From Lachnospiraceae bacterium (GTDB lineage: Bacteria > Bacillota > Clostridia > Lachnospirales > Lachnospiraceae), in assembly GCA_024682555.1 (NCBI GenBank), contig JAIKZD010000115.1, forward strand, positions 10,628-74,627: a stretch of DNA of 64,000 nucleotides. The letters are read 5' to 3'. The notes beneath the pieces were generated by a model. The model worked only from the letters and a program-made list of their open reading frames with translations, was not told the origin of the DNA and did no database searches. Both the position numbers and the translations under genes were made by a program. Below are positions 1 to 9,729 of this stretch, piece after piece (the stretch's first letter is position 1; each line of letters opens with the position of its first letter).

Positions 1-1
1 C

Positions 2-3001
2 AAAAAGGTTACTAAGGATAAGACAGAATATATTCCGAACACCATAGGTTTCGGAGCTGCAACGGAAGATATCACGGATGAAGAGGGAGAAGTTATCGGC
101 AGAGTCATCAGACTTCACGTAAATGATGTTTCGGTAAACGGCAAACCTCTCTATCCCGCAGGTAAGAAGACAACAATCAAGGGCACCAACATGCTCTATA
201 TCGTGGGTAAGCAGTGCCGTCCGGGTCAGGCTGCCGTTGAGTTTCATATGCCTCTTAATGAGGTAGAGGTAATAAATACCCTTCCTAAGGTTAAATTTGT
301 ATATTCGGGCAAGATCAATCTTCTCTATACGGAAAATAATGAGGAGTTTGAGGAGACCAATGCCGTAAATATCAGCACATCAGTAACCAAGGCTGAAAAC
401 TTAAGGATAGAAAAGATCGCCTTTGTGACGGCCGATAATTATAAGGATGATCCTGAATCCGATCATGATGGGAACGATCTTGCAAGTAACTTCAGGGTAG
501 CCGGAATACTCAGAAACAATACCACAGGTTTTGATCTCGGTTTTGTTGTAAGGGTGCAGGAAGGAATAGAAGATGATGAAGATTTTGCAAAAGACGGAAA
601 AGGAAAAATAGTTTCCTCGGGATATGCAAAGATCAAGTATGAAGGTTACACAAAGACCGTAGATGTACCCATCTCCATACCCTGTGCATATACCTTCCCG
701 AAGTATGCCCTGTCACTTTCAAAGGTAACGGCAAGCAAGTATTATGAAGATCCTAAATACAAGGTACAGATAATAGATAACGGAGTAACTCCCAAGAAGG
801 CTGTAAAGCTTTACGCAGGAGATAACGAGGAGCCGGGAAGAGCCCTGTGGAGTGCGGAGCTTGACTATGGTGCAGGCGGAACGACCCGCAGAGAATTCTT
901 TGATGATCCTCTGCAGGTTCCCGATGAAGATGCCGACGGATTCCCGGCAAGAGAGAAAGCCAAGGATGCGAAGGGCAATCCCGTCAAGGATCCTGTTACA
1001 GGAAAACAGCTGTACAATGACTATATCAAGATCGGTGCATCGGGAGAGCCGTATACCGCCAAGGCAAGGATATCCTTCAGGATGGATAACTGGCGTAAGC
1101 CCATGCCCCTTGACTTTAATATGACAAGGCTTGAAACGAAGCCTACGGCTTCCGTTGCTCCGACAGCGGCTTCCCTGAATAAGGTATATTACACCAATCA
1201 GACAGCCCGCCTGGAGCTTAAGTGTAATCTCCCTGATGCCGTTTTTGCGGGACTGGAAGATGACAGCATTAAGTATCTCGGAACGTCCAAGGTAGAAGCT
1301 GTGAAGAATACGGGTGAAGCTTTGCTGAGCACCATCAGCTTTGAACCCAAAGATGACGATAAAAAGCTTCCCGCAGCCATTACGGTAAATCTGAAGGATA
1401 CGACTTTTGAACAGGGCAAGATTGAAGGATTAGATGATCTTAAGAACGGAAGCTATGCTTTCAGTGCAAAAACCCTGATACAGTTTGGCAATAATCCGCC
1501 TATAGATTCCGATTTCTGTCCTACGGTAAGGTTTACCATCAATATCGGACAGGCTGAGCCCAAACTGACCATCAAGAAGGCAACCTTCAGCCTTAATTCA
1601 AGGTATGCCGGAAACGGCGAGATAGCAGAGAGCGAGACTACGCTTACAAATATCGCAAAGGGTTCCACTTATGCCCTCAATCCGGATGGTGATATCCTCT
1701 GTGTTGCCGCTACCAATAATATCCCGAAGGGATGGTCCGGAGATACCTATCAGAAGGATGATAAGGGTAATCCCGAAAAGGATGAAAACGGAAAGGTTCT
1801 GCAGGATGAAGCCGGTCAGTGGAGAAGTAAGTTTAAATTCGGGGTCAAAGCCGATGCAAACGGAAGGAATACCATCCTTACGGTGGAACTGCAGAAGGAT
1901 ATACCCAAGGGTAATTTCAGCTACAGCTATTATGTATATAACATGAAGGCTGAAATAACCGATGCTGCTGATGATACATCATCATTGTATTATAACAAGC
2001 TGAAGATCACGATATCATGCAATGATAAAGAGATAACGGCCAAGCTTGCGCCAAAGGGCAGCATTAACCAGGTTGTGGTCTCAAAATCATTCCCTGTAAG
2101 CGATACCATGAACATCACGGTTCCGGGTGCGGAGATCGTTTATACCGCAACAGTTAAGAATATCCAGAAAGCTTCCATCAATTCGGTCAGGCTTGCCGAA
2201 GTAAACATTAATACAAAGAAGATCTACACAAGGACTGTCGAGGAAGGACAGGAGCAAGTGACATATAATTATGCTCCGCACTTTTTGGCCGATCTTGATA
2301 TGGATGCAGGTACCATAAGCATAAGCCTTAACCGTGCAAACATCATGGGTCAGCCTGCAGGCGCCGAGACCGGAGGAAATGAAAAGGTTGAGCCCCTTAT
2401 GAACGGAAGGGCACATGATCTCTGGATCTATTACCATATAAGAGAGTGTGACGGCCTTGATAATGATGATGAGGATGAAGAGAATGATATTACCGATAAT
2501 GCTAAGGGTTGGGTAGCACAGCGTGTAAGCATCACACCCAAGCAGGTACTTCCCACCCTTCATCAGGTTGGAACGGCAAAAACTCTTTATGCAGGCGGTA
2601 ATCAGTTTGAGAGACAGTTTACGGTATGCCTTGGAAAGACAACCTGTCAGAGCGCCGCATTCAAGGGAGCCAAAAACAGTCATGATACATTTGGAAATCT
2701 CGGATACATCAAGATAGCGGATTCCGCTCCGGAGACCATCAGAAAAGCCTTTAAGGTCACAGGTGTACTTCAGGATGACCCCAATGGAGACAGAGTATGG
2801 GTAAGAAATGCCTACGGTCTCATCCAGCGCGATGCCAAGGGCAACAGAATACCTGCGGCATATGTGACGGTACTGCTTGATAATCCTTCATACCTTGTTG
2901 GAGGCAAGACCTATACGATACCGCTTGAGATCCGGTTTGCCGGACAGGCCGACAGCACGAAGGGTACGATCATCAATTATAATGTAACTCTGGTGAAGTA
3001 A
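2..3001 (+). CDS. Large secreted/surface-type protein, C-terminal ~1000 aa; the 5' end lies outside the window; function unknown
   Basis: The frame of the listed ORF 191..3001 stays open back to nt 2 (KKVTKDKTEYIPNTIGFGAATEDITDEEGEV..., no stop), so the gene is cut by the window edge. It is 3 kb stop-free with a D/E/K/T/N-rich composition typical of surface proteins. No catalytic motif was recognised. Confidence 0.75.
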   Translation, partial: KKVTKDKTEYIPNTIGFGAATEDITDEEGEVIGRVIRLHVNDVSVNGKPLYPAGKKTTIKGTNMLYIVGKQCRPGQAAVEFHMPLNEVEVINTLPKVKFVYSGKINLLYTENNEEFEETNAVNISTSVTKAENLRIEKIAFVTADNYKDDPESDHDGNDLASNFRVAGILRNNTTGFDLGFVVRVQEGIEDDEDFAKDGKGKIVSSGYAKIKYEGYTKTVDVPISIPCAYTFPKYALSLSKVTASKYYEDPKYKVQIIDNGVTPKKAVKLYAGDNEEPGRALWSAELDYGAGGTTRREFFDDPLQVPDEDADGFPAREKAKDAKGNPVKDPVTGKQLYNDYIKIGASGEPYTAKARISFRMDNWRKPMPLDFNMTRLETKPTASVAPTAASLNKVYYTNQTARLELKCNLPDAVFAGLEDDSIKYLGTSKVEAVKNTGEALLSTISFEPKDDDKKLPAAITVNLKDTTFEQGKIEGLDDLKNGSYAFSAKTLIQFGNNPPIDSDFCPTVRFTINIGQAEPKLTIKKATFSLNSRYAGNGEIAESETTLTNIAKGSTYALNPDGDILCVAATNNIPKGWSGDTYQKDDKGNPEKDENGKVLQDEAGQWRSKFKFGVKADANGRNTILTVELQKDIPKGNFSYSYYVYNMKAEITDAADDTSSLYYNKLKITISCNDKEITAKLAPKGSINQVVVSKSFPVSDTMNITVPGAEIVYTATVKNIQKASINSVRLAEVNINTKKIYTRTVEEGQEQVTYNYAPHFLADLDMDAGTISISLNRANIMGQPAGAETGGNEKVEPLMNGRAHDLWIYYHIRECDGLDNDDEDEENDITDNAKGWVAQRVSITPKQVLPTLHQVGTAKTLYAGGNQFERQFTVCLGKTTCQSAAFKGAKNSHDTFGNLGYIKIADSAPETIRKAFKVTGVLQDDPNGDRVWVRNAYGLIQRDAKGNRIPAAYVTVLLDNPSYLVGGKTYTIPLEIRFAGQADSTKGTIINYNVTLVK

Positions 3002-3026
3002 TCCGTGCAAACGTACAGACACTAAA

Positions 3027-3055
3027 ATGACACAGTCCGCATACTATGGTATAAT
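3027..3055 (+). promoter_or_regulatory. Sigma-A-type promoter with extended -10 (ATGACA-N17-TATAAT, TGG immediately upstream of the -10)
   Basis: ATGACA lies at 3027-3032, followed by a 17-nt spacer and TATAAT at 3050-3055 preceded by TGG. It sits 45 nt upstream of ATG 3101 and is nearly identical to the promoter at 11309-11337. Confidence 0.55.
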
Positions 3056-3100
3056 TTCATGGTATGCGGACTTTTTTATCCGCTGAAAAGAGTGAATCTG

Positions 3101-6100
3101 ATGAACAATGACAGAACGGAAATGAAGATAAAAGTATCAATTGGAGGAAAACTGAATAAGCTTGCGGGAGTACTTGCTGTCATAGCCATGATCTGCATAA
3201 CCGGTCCACTTATTGCTTACGCGGAAAACCTCTTGCCGGATGACTCTTCCGAACATTATGTAAACCATACATCCGACGAACTTCTTGAGCCGGAGCATAC
3301 ACTTGTATCCATAACGCTGAATCCGGTCATAACAGATCCGGAGGGAGGAATCCCACGGGATAATGTGATCCATGTTTCAAGAGGCGTAGATGTTTCCTAC
3401 GATATTGAGCCGGCTGAGCTTAAAGATAAGGTTGAGGTCACCTTTTCCTCCGATCATACCGAATATATCGATGTAAGCCGTAAGGACGATTATACGGATG
3501 ATCCGGATGCTTATAAGGCAAACAGGATATGGGGGAACAGGCCCGGAACAGCGGAGATCACCGCAACGGCCGTATACAGGGAAGAAGGAGAACCCGATCA
3601 GAGTGTTACGAGCGAACCGCTGACGGTAGAGGCTGTTTATCCAAGGAATCAGCTTTTTTATCATTACGGTCTGCGATATGCAAGCGATGAATACACCCTG
3701 TATACCGGCTGGCTTTCAAAATCCGGTGAAGATTTTTTCACTGAAAAGCTTGACGGAAATAATGAGGTATACTATTTTGCCGATGATCCCGATCCGGGCT
3801 GGAGAAAGGCTGTATCGGGTGAGCAGACGATAGACGGGAAGAGATACAAATTTGATGATGACTGCAGGCTCATAAGGGAATGGATAAAGCTTGAGGAAGT
3901 GGAGCTTGATCCTGTTGAACCTGATCCAGGCAATCCGGGAATAATAGCAAAGAATACCCTGTCCGTCGGAAGCAGGGCGGTCATACGGGCTAAGCTTAAG
4001 CCGTCCCTTGCTAATGATGACAGAGATCCCGAGTGGATCATATCGGATCCGTCCGTTTTGAAGGTCACTTCGATAAGACCTGAGAATGCGCAGGAAGATG
4101 AGCTGTACGGTGAACTCGAGGTGTTAAGGCTCCCCGAAGATCCTGAAGAGAGCATTAACATCAAACTGAAAGCGGGTGATGACGATAACCGTGTCACAAC
4201 CACCGATGATAAGGATCTTGATATTTATGTCACAAATAAAGCAGGCTGGCAGATCATTGGCGGAAAGACCTTCTACGGAGAACCCGAGACTGATGCATAC
4301 GGCAGGACAAGAGTGAATTTTGTGACCGGATGGTGGCCCAATGATCATGAACACAGAAACGAAGCTAACAGGGAATACTTTTTTGATGACGAGGGGGTCA
4401 TGGTCACCGGCATCTTAGATCCGGACGACGGAAAACTCTATGATATGGGAGAGGACGGAGTTCTTTGCGGCGAATATGAAAAGAAGGGCTTCGTAAAACT
4501 CAAAGACGGAACGGTTTACTATGACAATGACGGGAACCGGGTGTTTGATGATGTCATTACGGCAGAGGACGGCGAACGTTATTACATAAATGAAGACGGA
4601 TTTCTTGCTTACGGCTGGTTTGAAAAGACCGAAGACGGTATATACAGGCGATGGTACAGGGATCCCAAAGGAAAGACGCTGAAGGGCTGGCAGACTGTCG
4701 ACGGCAGCAGGTATTATTTTGAAGACAAGGGACTGGTGGCTTCGGGTGTCGTAATGATAAACGGTGCCGGGTATTTTATGAGCGATGAGGAGGCGGATTA
4801 CGGTCTTTTGCTGAAGGGATCCTTTGACAGGGACGGCAGGCAGTATTTTGCGGACAATACCGGAAAGCTGTATACCGGCTGGAGATATGTAAATAACGGG
4901 CTCTTTTTTGAACCGGAATATTACAGCAACGAAGAAGCATCCTACGGACAGAAGCAGACCGTCACACCTCTTGACGGCATGAATACCGGGTGGTATGAGG
5001 TAAGCGGCACAACGGGGGCAGACGGCCTTTACTATATTAAGAACGGCAGGAGTCTGAAAAAGGGAAATACAAAGATCTGCGTGGTCTGCGATGATGATCA
5101 TAAGAAGGACTTCAGTTTCTGCCTTGATCCCCTGACAGGAAGATATCATGGGGAAACCGGTACGGTAACCTCTGACGGAAAATGCTATTTCAACGAAGAA
5201 ATGGAGGCACCGTATAATACGGCCCCCGGATATCCTCATGTTGCGCTGATAATGACCGGTGAGCATGAAAATGACGGGATCACATATATTACGGATAAAA
5301 AGGGCATACTCCTTCGCGGCTGGAACAGGTTAAAGAATGCCGATAATACATATGTATGGCGCTACTTCAGGCTGTCAGACGGAGCGGAACTTACAAAGAC
5401 CGGACTCGATGCCGATAATGTGATGCTCTCATCTCCGCAGGATGAACCCGGAAACTGCTGGGGAGTCATCAGGGAAAACGGTGTGGAAACATCATATTAT
5501 TTCAAAAACGGAACCACACTCCTGAAAAAAGGATGGCAGTCCATCGAGGGAACCATGCGTTACTGCGATCCGGTGACGGGCGCCGTTACCACCCCCGTAT
5601 TTAACGGAAACTGGGCATCATTTGAAGACGGAAGCATATATTATTTTAAGAACGGAAAAACGCCGGTAAAGGGGATCGCCATGATAGCGGGGGATCCGGA
5701 ACATCCCGACAGCACAGAGGAGTCAGGATTCTTCTTTGATACCGCCACTGGAAAGCTAAACAGAGCGGGAACCCCCGGGGGTTATATGAGATTTACAAAG
5801 AACGGTTTCTCCTATGAAGCCGACCATCTCGGAAGGCTGACCACCGGATGGGGACACAGCTATAAGGATACGGACGGCACCTTAAAGGTAAGGACCGAGG
5901 AGACCAATGAAAACATTCAGGCGGATTCTTATTACGATAAGGATTCGAGGATGGTAAAGAACCGGTTTTTTGCCGTTAAGACCGGAAATGCCGCGGGAGA
6001 TTATTTCTTTGATAAAAATGGCAGAATGCTCTCGGGAATTACGTCGGTAAACGGTAAAAGATATGTTTTCGGACAGAATACCGCGGATATTGAAGGAAAT

Positions 6101-7978
6101 CCCGGCATATCAAAGGACAGGGGGAAGCTTCAAAAGGATTTGTACGGAATCCTTACCGGGCTGTCGGATAAAATGTATCTGTCGGACAAAAACGGCGTGC
6201 TGCTCACAGACTGGCAGAAGGTCAGGGACGCAGAGACCGATTCTCTCATCTGGCATTTTTTTGATCCCCTTTCGGGAGAGGAACACCCCGGAAGATGGGA
6301 TCCGGATAAAGAATGGTACATCATAAATCTCATTGAAAACGGAAGAAGGACAAGGGCAAAGTTTTACTTTACCTCATCCGGTCCCGCAAAGGGTTTTAAG
6401 AAGATCGACGGGAAAACATATTATTTTGATGCCACAGGCCGGCTTCTTACCGGACTTAATAAGATCGGAAATACCACTTACTATTTCAGTGAAACTGTCA
6501 GCGATGAGGCGCCTCATACCGAGGGAATGCTGATGTGCGGTGATGTTTACAGCGTGGGAAACGGTACATATTATACGACTAAGACCGGTGCCGTAAGGAC
6601 CGGATGGTTTACGGATAATAAGCGGAAATACTATGCGGATCCCGTAACGGGGAAGCTTGCGACAGGTTTTACGAAGATAGGTTCCAAGATTTATTTCTTC
6701 AGTGATTCCGATTCCACCCTCGGACAGCTTCAGACAGGCTTTATAAAGCTTTCCTATAAGCAGCAGCTTTATTATGACAAGACAGAGGGAGCATCAAATC
6801 TTTATTATGCGGATGAAAAAGGTGTGGTGAATACCGGAGGATGGCTGACGGTAAGCCTTGATAAAAAATCCTCCGATGCTCAGGCCTGGTCATATTATAC
6901 GGATCAGGGGAGACCTATGAAGGACATGGGTGATTTTGTCCTTACTGGTGAAGTGACGGTGGGTGATGTGCTGATGGATGATAACGGGGATATCACTTAT
7001 CTTGATGACGGAATGGGGGAAAATGACGGATTCGCCGTTGTTCCGGGAAAGACCGTAAAGGAGGATATAGCACGCTATGTCAGGTTTGATCCCGTAACCG
7101 GTGCCAGAAGGAGGACGGTCCTTTATTTCTGCGGAAATTATTACGGAATGAATATAGATGAAGATCAGCTGAGTACCGTATCCACAATGCGCAGGTATAT
7201 TAATACCGACATGAAATATAAAAATGAATCCGGAGATTTTGTGATCGTAAACGCATCGGAGGATTTTCCCATGTGTGCGTCAGGAGATATCGCGGATGAA
7301 AAAAGCTCCTTCAGAAAGCAGACCACAGGCGGTCGCGACAACGATCTTAATAATGACGGGCATATAGATGTTCTTGATACCGAGATCTTTTCAAAAGCAC
7401 TCTACAATGAATATATCAAAAAGTACGGTCCAAAGAATCTGGTGCTTATGGGGGCTTCATCAGGTGCGGGGATCTGTCTCGGTTTATATGATCATGCGAT
7501 CACCGAAAACGACCCGGACAAACTGCCATGCATGGTACTTCTGTTTTCACCCTGGGTCGATGTGAGCATGAACAATGTAAAATGCGGGAAACTTAAGAAA
7601 AACCAGACAGGATCGACGGATCTTGCCACCCTTAAATACTGGGGCGCCAGGTATACCAGGGACCGGTATTATGAGGATGAGACAACGGGGACATATATAT
7701 ACAGGGATATAGGGGGCCCCGGGGTCAGGTATCCTTTTGCCTCCCCTGTTTATTCGCCCAACAAGGGCAGAATGAAGAATGTGGTGATGTACAGCGGGAC
7801 ATATGATCCGTGCTATTTTGACTGCGCCGTATTTGCGGAAGAAGCAAAGGCTGCAGGCAACAGTGATATAATACTTAAAAGATACAGATTCCGTCAGCAC
7901 GGCTTTATGTTTTTCACATCCGGACCGGATGCGGTAAAGGCAACGGTTGATGCCTGCAGAAGAGTAATGACGCGGTAG
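3101..7978 (+). CDS. Wall-anchored multidomain protein: signal peptide, Ig-like region, many choline-binding-type cell-wall-binding repeats, one dockerin/EF-hand-like Ca loop, C-terminal alpha/beta-hydrolase (esterase) domain
   Basis: Signal peptide: KLAGVLAVIAMICITGPLIAYA. Recurrent GW..(I/V)dGk.YYFd..G.l.tG repeats, e.g. GWQTVDGSRYYFEDKGLVASG, GFKKIDGKTYYFDATGRLLTG, GFTKIGSKIYFFSDS. One DLNNDGHIDVLD loop. Nucleophile elbow LVLMGASSGAG (GxSxG) and a C-terminal QHGF. The ORF opens at 3059, but the -10 box at 3050-3055 places the TSS after that ATG, so ATG 3101 (MNNDRTEMKIKV) or 3122 is the likely start. Confidence 0.85.
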   Translation: MNNDRTEMKIKVSIGGKLNKLAGVLAVIAMICITGPLIAYAENLLPDDSSEHYVNHTSDELLEPEHTLVSITLNPVITDPEGGIPRDNVIHVSRGVDVSYDIEPAELKDKVEVTFSSDHTEYIDVSRKDDYTDDPDAYKANRIWGNRPGTAEITATAVYREEGEPDQSVTSEPLTVEAVYPRNQLFYHYGLRYASDEYTLYTGWLSKSGEDFFTEKLDGNNEVYYFADDPDPGWRKAVSGEQTIDGKRYKFDDDCRLIREWIKLEEVELDPVEPDPGNPGIIAKNTLSVGSRAVIRAKLKPSLANDDRDPEWIISDPSVLKVTSIRPENAQEDELYGELEVLRLPEDPEESINIKLKAGDDDNRVTTTDDKDLDIYVTNKAGWQIIGGKTFYGEPETDAYGRTRVNFVTGWWPNDHEHRNEANREYFFDDEGVMVTGILDPDDGKLYDMGEDGVLCGEYEKKGFVKLKDGTVYYDNDGNRVFDDVITAEDGERYYINEDGFLAYGWFEKTEDGIYRRWYRDPKGKTLKGWQTVDGSRYYFEDKGLVASGVVMINGAGYFMSDEEADYGLLLKGSFDRDGRQYFADNTGKLYTGWRYVNNGLFFEPEYYSNEEASYGQKQTVTPLDGMNTGWYEVSGTTGADGLYYIKNGRSLKKGNTKICVVCDDDHKKDFSFCLDPLTGRYHGETGTVTSDGKCYFNEEMEAPYNTAPGYPHVALIMTGEHENDGITYITDKKGILLRGWNRLKNADNTYVWRYFRLSDGAELTKTGLDADNVMLSSPQDEPGNCWGVIRENGVETSYYFKNGTTLLKKGWQSIEGTMRYCDPVTGAVTTPVFNGNWASFEDGSIYYFKNGKTPVKGIAMIAGDPEHPDSTEESGFFFDTATGKLNRAGTPGGYMRFTKNGFSYEADHLGRLTTGWGHSYKDTDGTLKVRTEETNENIQADSYYDKDSRMVKNRFFAVKTGNAAGDYFFDKNGRMLSGITSVNGKRYVFGQNTADIEGNPGISKDRGKLQKDLYGILTGLSDKMYLSDKNGVLLTDWQKVRDAETDSLIWHFFDPLSGEEHPGRWDPDKEWYIINLIENGRRTRAKFYFTSSGPAKGFKKIDGKTYYFDATGRLLTGLNKIGNTTYYFSETVSDEAPHTEGMLMCGDVYSVGNGTYYTTKTGAVRTGWFTDNKRKYYADPVTGKLATGFTKIGSKIYFFSDSDSTLGQLQTGFIKLSYKQQLYYDKTEGASNLYYADEKGVVNTGGWLTVSLDKKSSDAQAWSYYTDQGRPMKDMGDFVLTGEVTVGDVLMDDNGDITYLDDGMGENDGFAVVPGKTVKEDIARYVRFDPVTGARRRTVLYFCGNYYGMNIDEDQLSTVSTMRRYINTDMKYKNESGDFVIVNASEDFPMCASGDIADEKSSFRKQTTGGRDNDLNNDGHIDVLDTEIFSKALYNEYIKKYGPKNLVLMGASSGAGICLGLYDHAITENDPDKLPCMVLLFSPWVDVSMNNVKCGKLKKNQTGSTDLATLKYWGARYTRDRYYEDETTGTYIYRDIGGPGVRYPFASPVYSPNKGRMKNVVMYSGTYDPCYFDCAVFAEEAKAAGNSDIILKRYRFRQHGFMFFTSGPDAVKATVDACRRVMTR

Positions 7979-7983
7979 GGAAC

Positions 7984-9651
7984 ATGAGTATTCTTTCGGT
8001 TAATTTTATTATATTCTTTACTATCATAGCTGTGATATTCTTTTTGCTGCCGGGGAAGCTTCAGTGGCTGTGGCTCCTTGTCTGCAGTATGGTTTTTTAT
8101 TACGTGAATGCGGGCAGAAACCAGTTCATTGCCTTTCTTATCATCATGGCAGTCAACTGGGCCGGATCTTTTGTTATGTCCCGTTTATCGGACAGATCGG
8201 AGGAACGGGCAAAGAGTGAACTGTCCGGATCCAAAAACGGGATCGGAGGATCCGTTCATGAGAGAGACAGCAAATGGTATGACAGGCAGGAAAAACGTGT
8301 CTATGTCTGTGTCCTGCTGTTTGATATTTTCTGCCTTGTTATCTTCAAATATATCATCTTCATAATGGACATAATAAATGCGGTATTGTCCGTATTTAAT
8401 ACTGCCATACCCGGCCATCTCTACAGCTATATCGATCTTCTGTCCGGGGAATTTTCTCCCCCGAGGATCTCATATTTCATGCTGATCATCATCGGCTACA
8501 TTACCGAGGTGCACTGGGGCAGGATCAAAGCCTTTATGAATCCGGGCAGGCTTGTACTGCTTGCATCCTATTTTCCCCTTATGACCTCCGGCCCCATCAT
8601 AGAGTATTCCGACGTGGAAGGATCCCTTTTCGGACCTGAAAAGCATCGTTTTTCCTATGACAGATTTGTTTCGGGAATGATGAGGATACTGTGGGGGTGC
8701 TTCAAAAAACTTGTCATCTCCGAGCGCCTTGCCATGGTTGTTAATACCGTATATGCGGATTATGAGGTTTATTCGGGATTTTATATATGGGTTGCGGTCA
8801 TCTTTTTTGCAATGCAGCTCTATACGGATTTCTCCGGGCTTATGGATATTGTCCTCGGAATGTCAGAGATCCTTTCCATCGATCTTCCCGAGAACTTTGA
8901 TACGCCTTTTTATTCCGTATCCCTTGCGGAGTTCTGGCGCAGATGGCATATAACCCTTGGGGGATGGCTTAAGACCTATGTGTTCTTCCCTGTTCAAAGG
9001 ACCAAAGCCTTTTCGAAGCTGAGGAAGTTCTGTAAGAAGAAGTTAGGAAAGGGTTATGAGAAAAAATATGACATACCGCAGTTTCTTGGACTTCTGATAT
9101 CCTGGTTCCTTATCGGACTCTGGCATGGGGGCGGATGGAATTACATTTTCGGTGTCGGTCTTTATATGGGCGTGATCATCATTCTCAGCGAACTTTTAAA
9201 GCCTGTTTTCATAAAGCTTACGGCTTTGCTTAAGATAAATACCGACTGCTTCAGCTACAGGCTTTTCCGCAGGCTCAGGACCTTTGTCATCTTTGTTTTC
9301 GGACTCTCATTTTTCAGGGCAGCCACGCTTTCCGAAGGCTTCCGCATGTGGAAATACGCTTTTACCACCTTTAATCCCTGGATATTTTTTGACAGATCCT
9401 TATACGGGCTGGGTGTTTCGAAGGATGAACTGCTGATAGCCGTATTCGGACTGATCCTCCTTCTTATCGTATCCTTCTATAAGCACAGAGAAAGCGATAG
9501 GGGTTCAGGGCTTTCGGTGAGGGCTCTGATCCTTAAGCAGAACAGGGTATTCATACTGCTTATGTTTGTGATCCTCTTTGTTCTTATAATTACCTGGGGA
9601 TACTACGGTTCGGGATATGATGCATCCGATTTTATCTACGGAAGGTTCTGA
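7984..9651 (+). CDS. MBOAT-family membrane O-acyltransferase (AlgI/DltB/PatA-like)
   Basis: Polytopic membrane protein with FWRRWHITLGGWLKTYVFFP and GLWHGGGWNY (conserved MBOAT His). It starts 5 nt after the esterase stop codon. Confidence 0.85.
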   Translation: MSILSVNFIIFFTIIAVIFFLLPGKLQWLWLLVCSMVFYYVNAGRNQFIAFLIIMAVNWAGSFVMSRLSDRSEERAKSELSGSKNGIGGSVHERDSKWYDRQEKRVYVCVLLFDIFCLVIFKYIIFIMDIINAVLSVFNTAIPGHLYSYIDLLSGEFSPPRISYFMLIIIGYITEVHWGRIKAFMNPGRLVLLASYFPLMTSGPIIEYSDVEGSLFGPEKHRFSYDRFVSGMMRILWGCFKKLVISERLAMVVNTVYADYEVYSGFYIWVAVIFFAMQLYTDFSGLMDIVLGMSEILSIDLPENFDTPFYSVSLAEFWRRWHITLGGWLKTYVFFPVQRTKAFSKLRKFCKKKLGKGYEKKYDIPQFLGLLISWFLIGLWHGGGWNYIFGVGLYMGVIIILSELLKPVFIKLTALLKINTDCFSYRLFRRLRTFVIFVFGLSFFRAATLSEGFRMWKYAFTTFNPWIFFDRSLYGLGVSKDELLIAVFGLILLLIVSFYKHRESDRGSGLSVRALILKQNRVFILLMFVILFVLIITWGYYGSGYDASDFIYGRF

Positions 9652-9729
9652 GCAGTTTCATGCCTGCTGCACGGACGGAGCATAAACAGACTTCGTACGG
9701 AATAATTTTTGGATATATATAAAACGATC

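Noticed and set aside
4415-5266. Long antisense ORFs inside clearly coding genes (for example 4415..5266 -, 14184..14720 -, 20294..20998 -, 39227..39934 -, 49130..49813 -, 35210..35818 -)
   Set aside because: Each lies fully within a longer opposite-strand gene that has strong family motifs. Their translations are low-complexity or compositionally odd, with no motifs and no SD. They are shadow ORFs.
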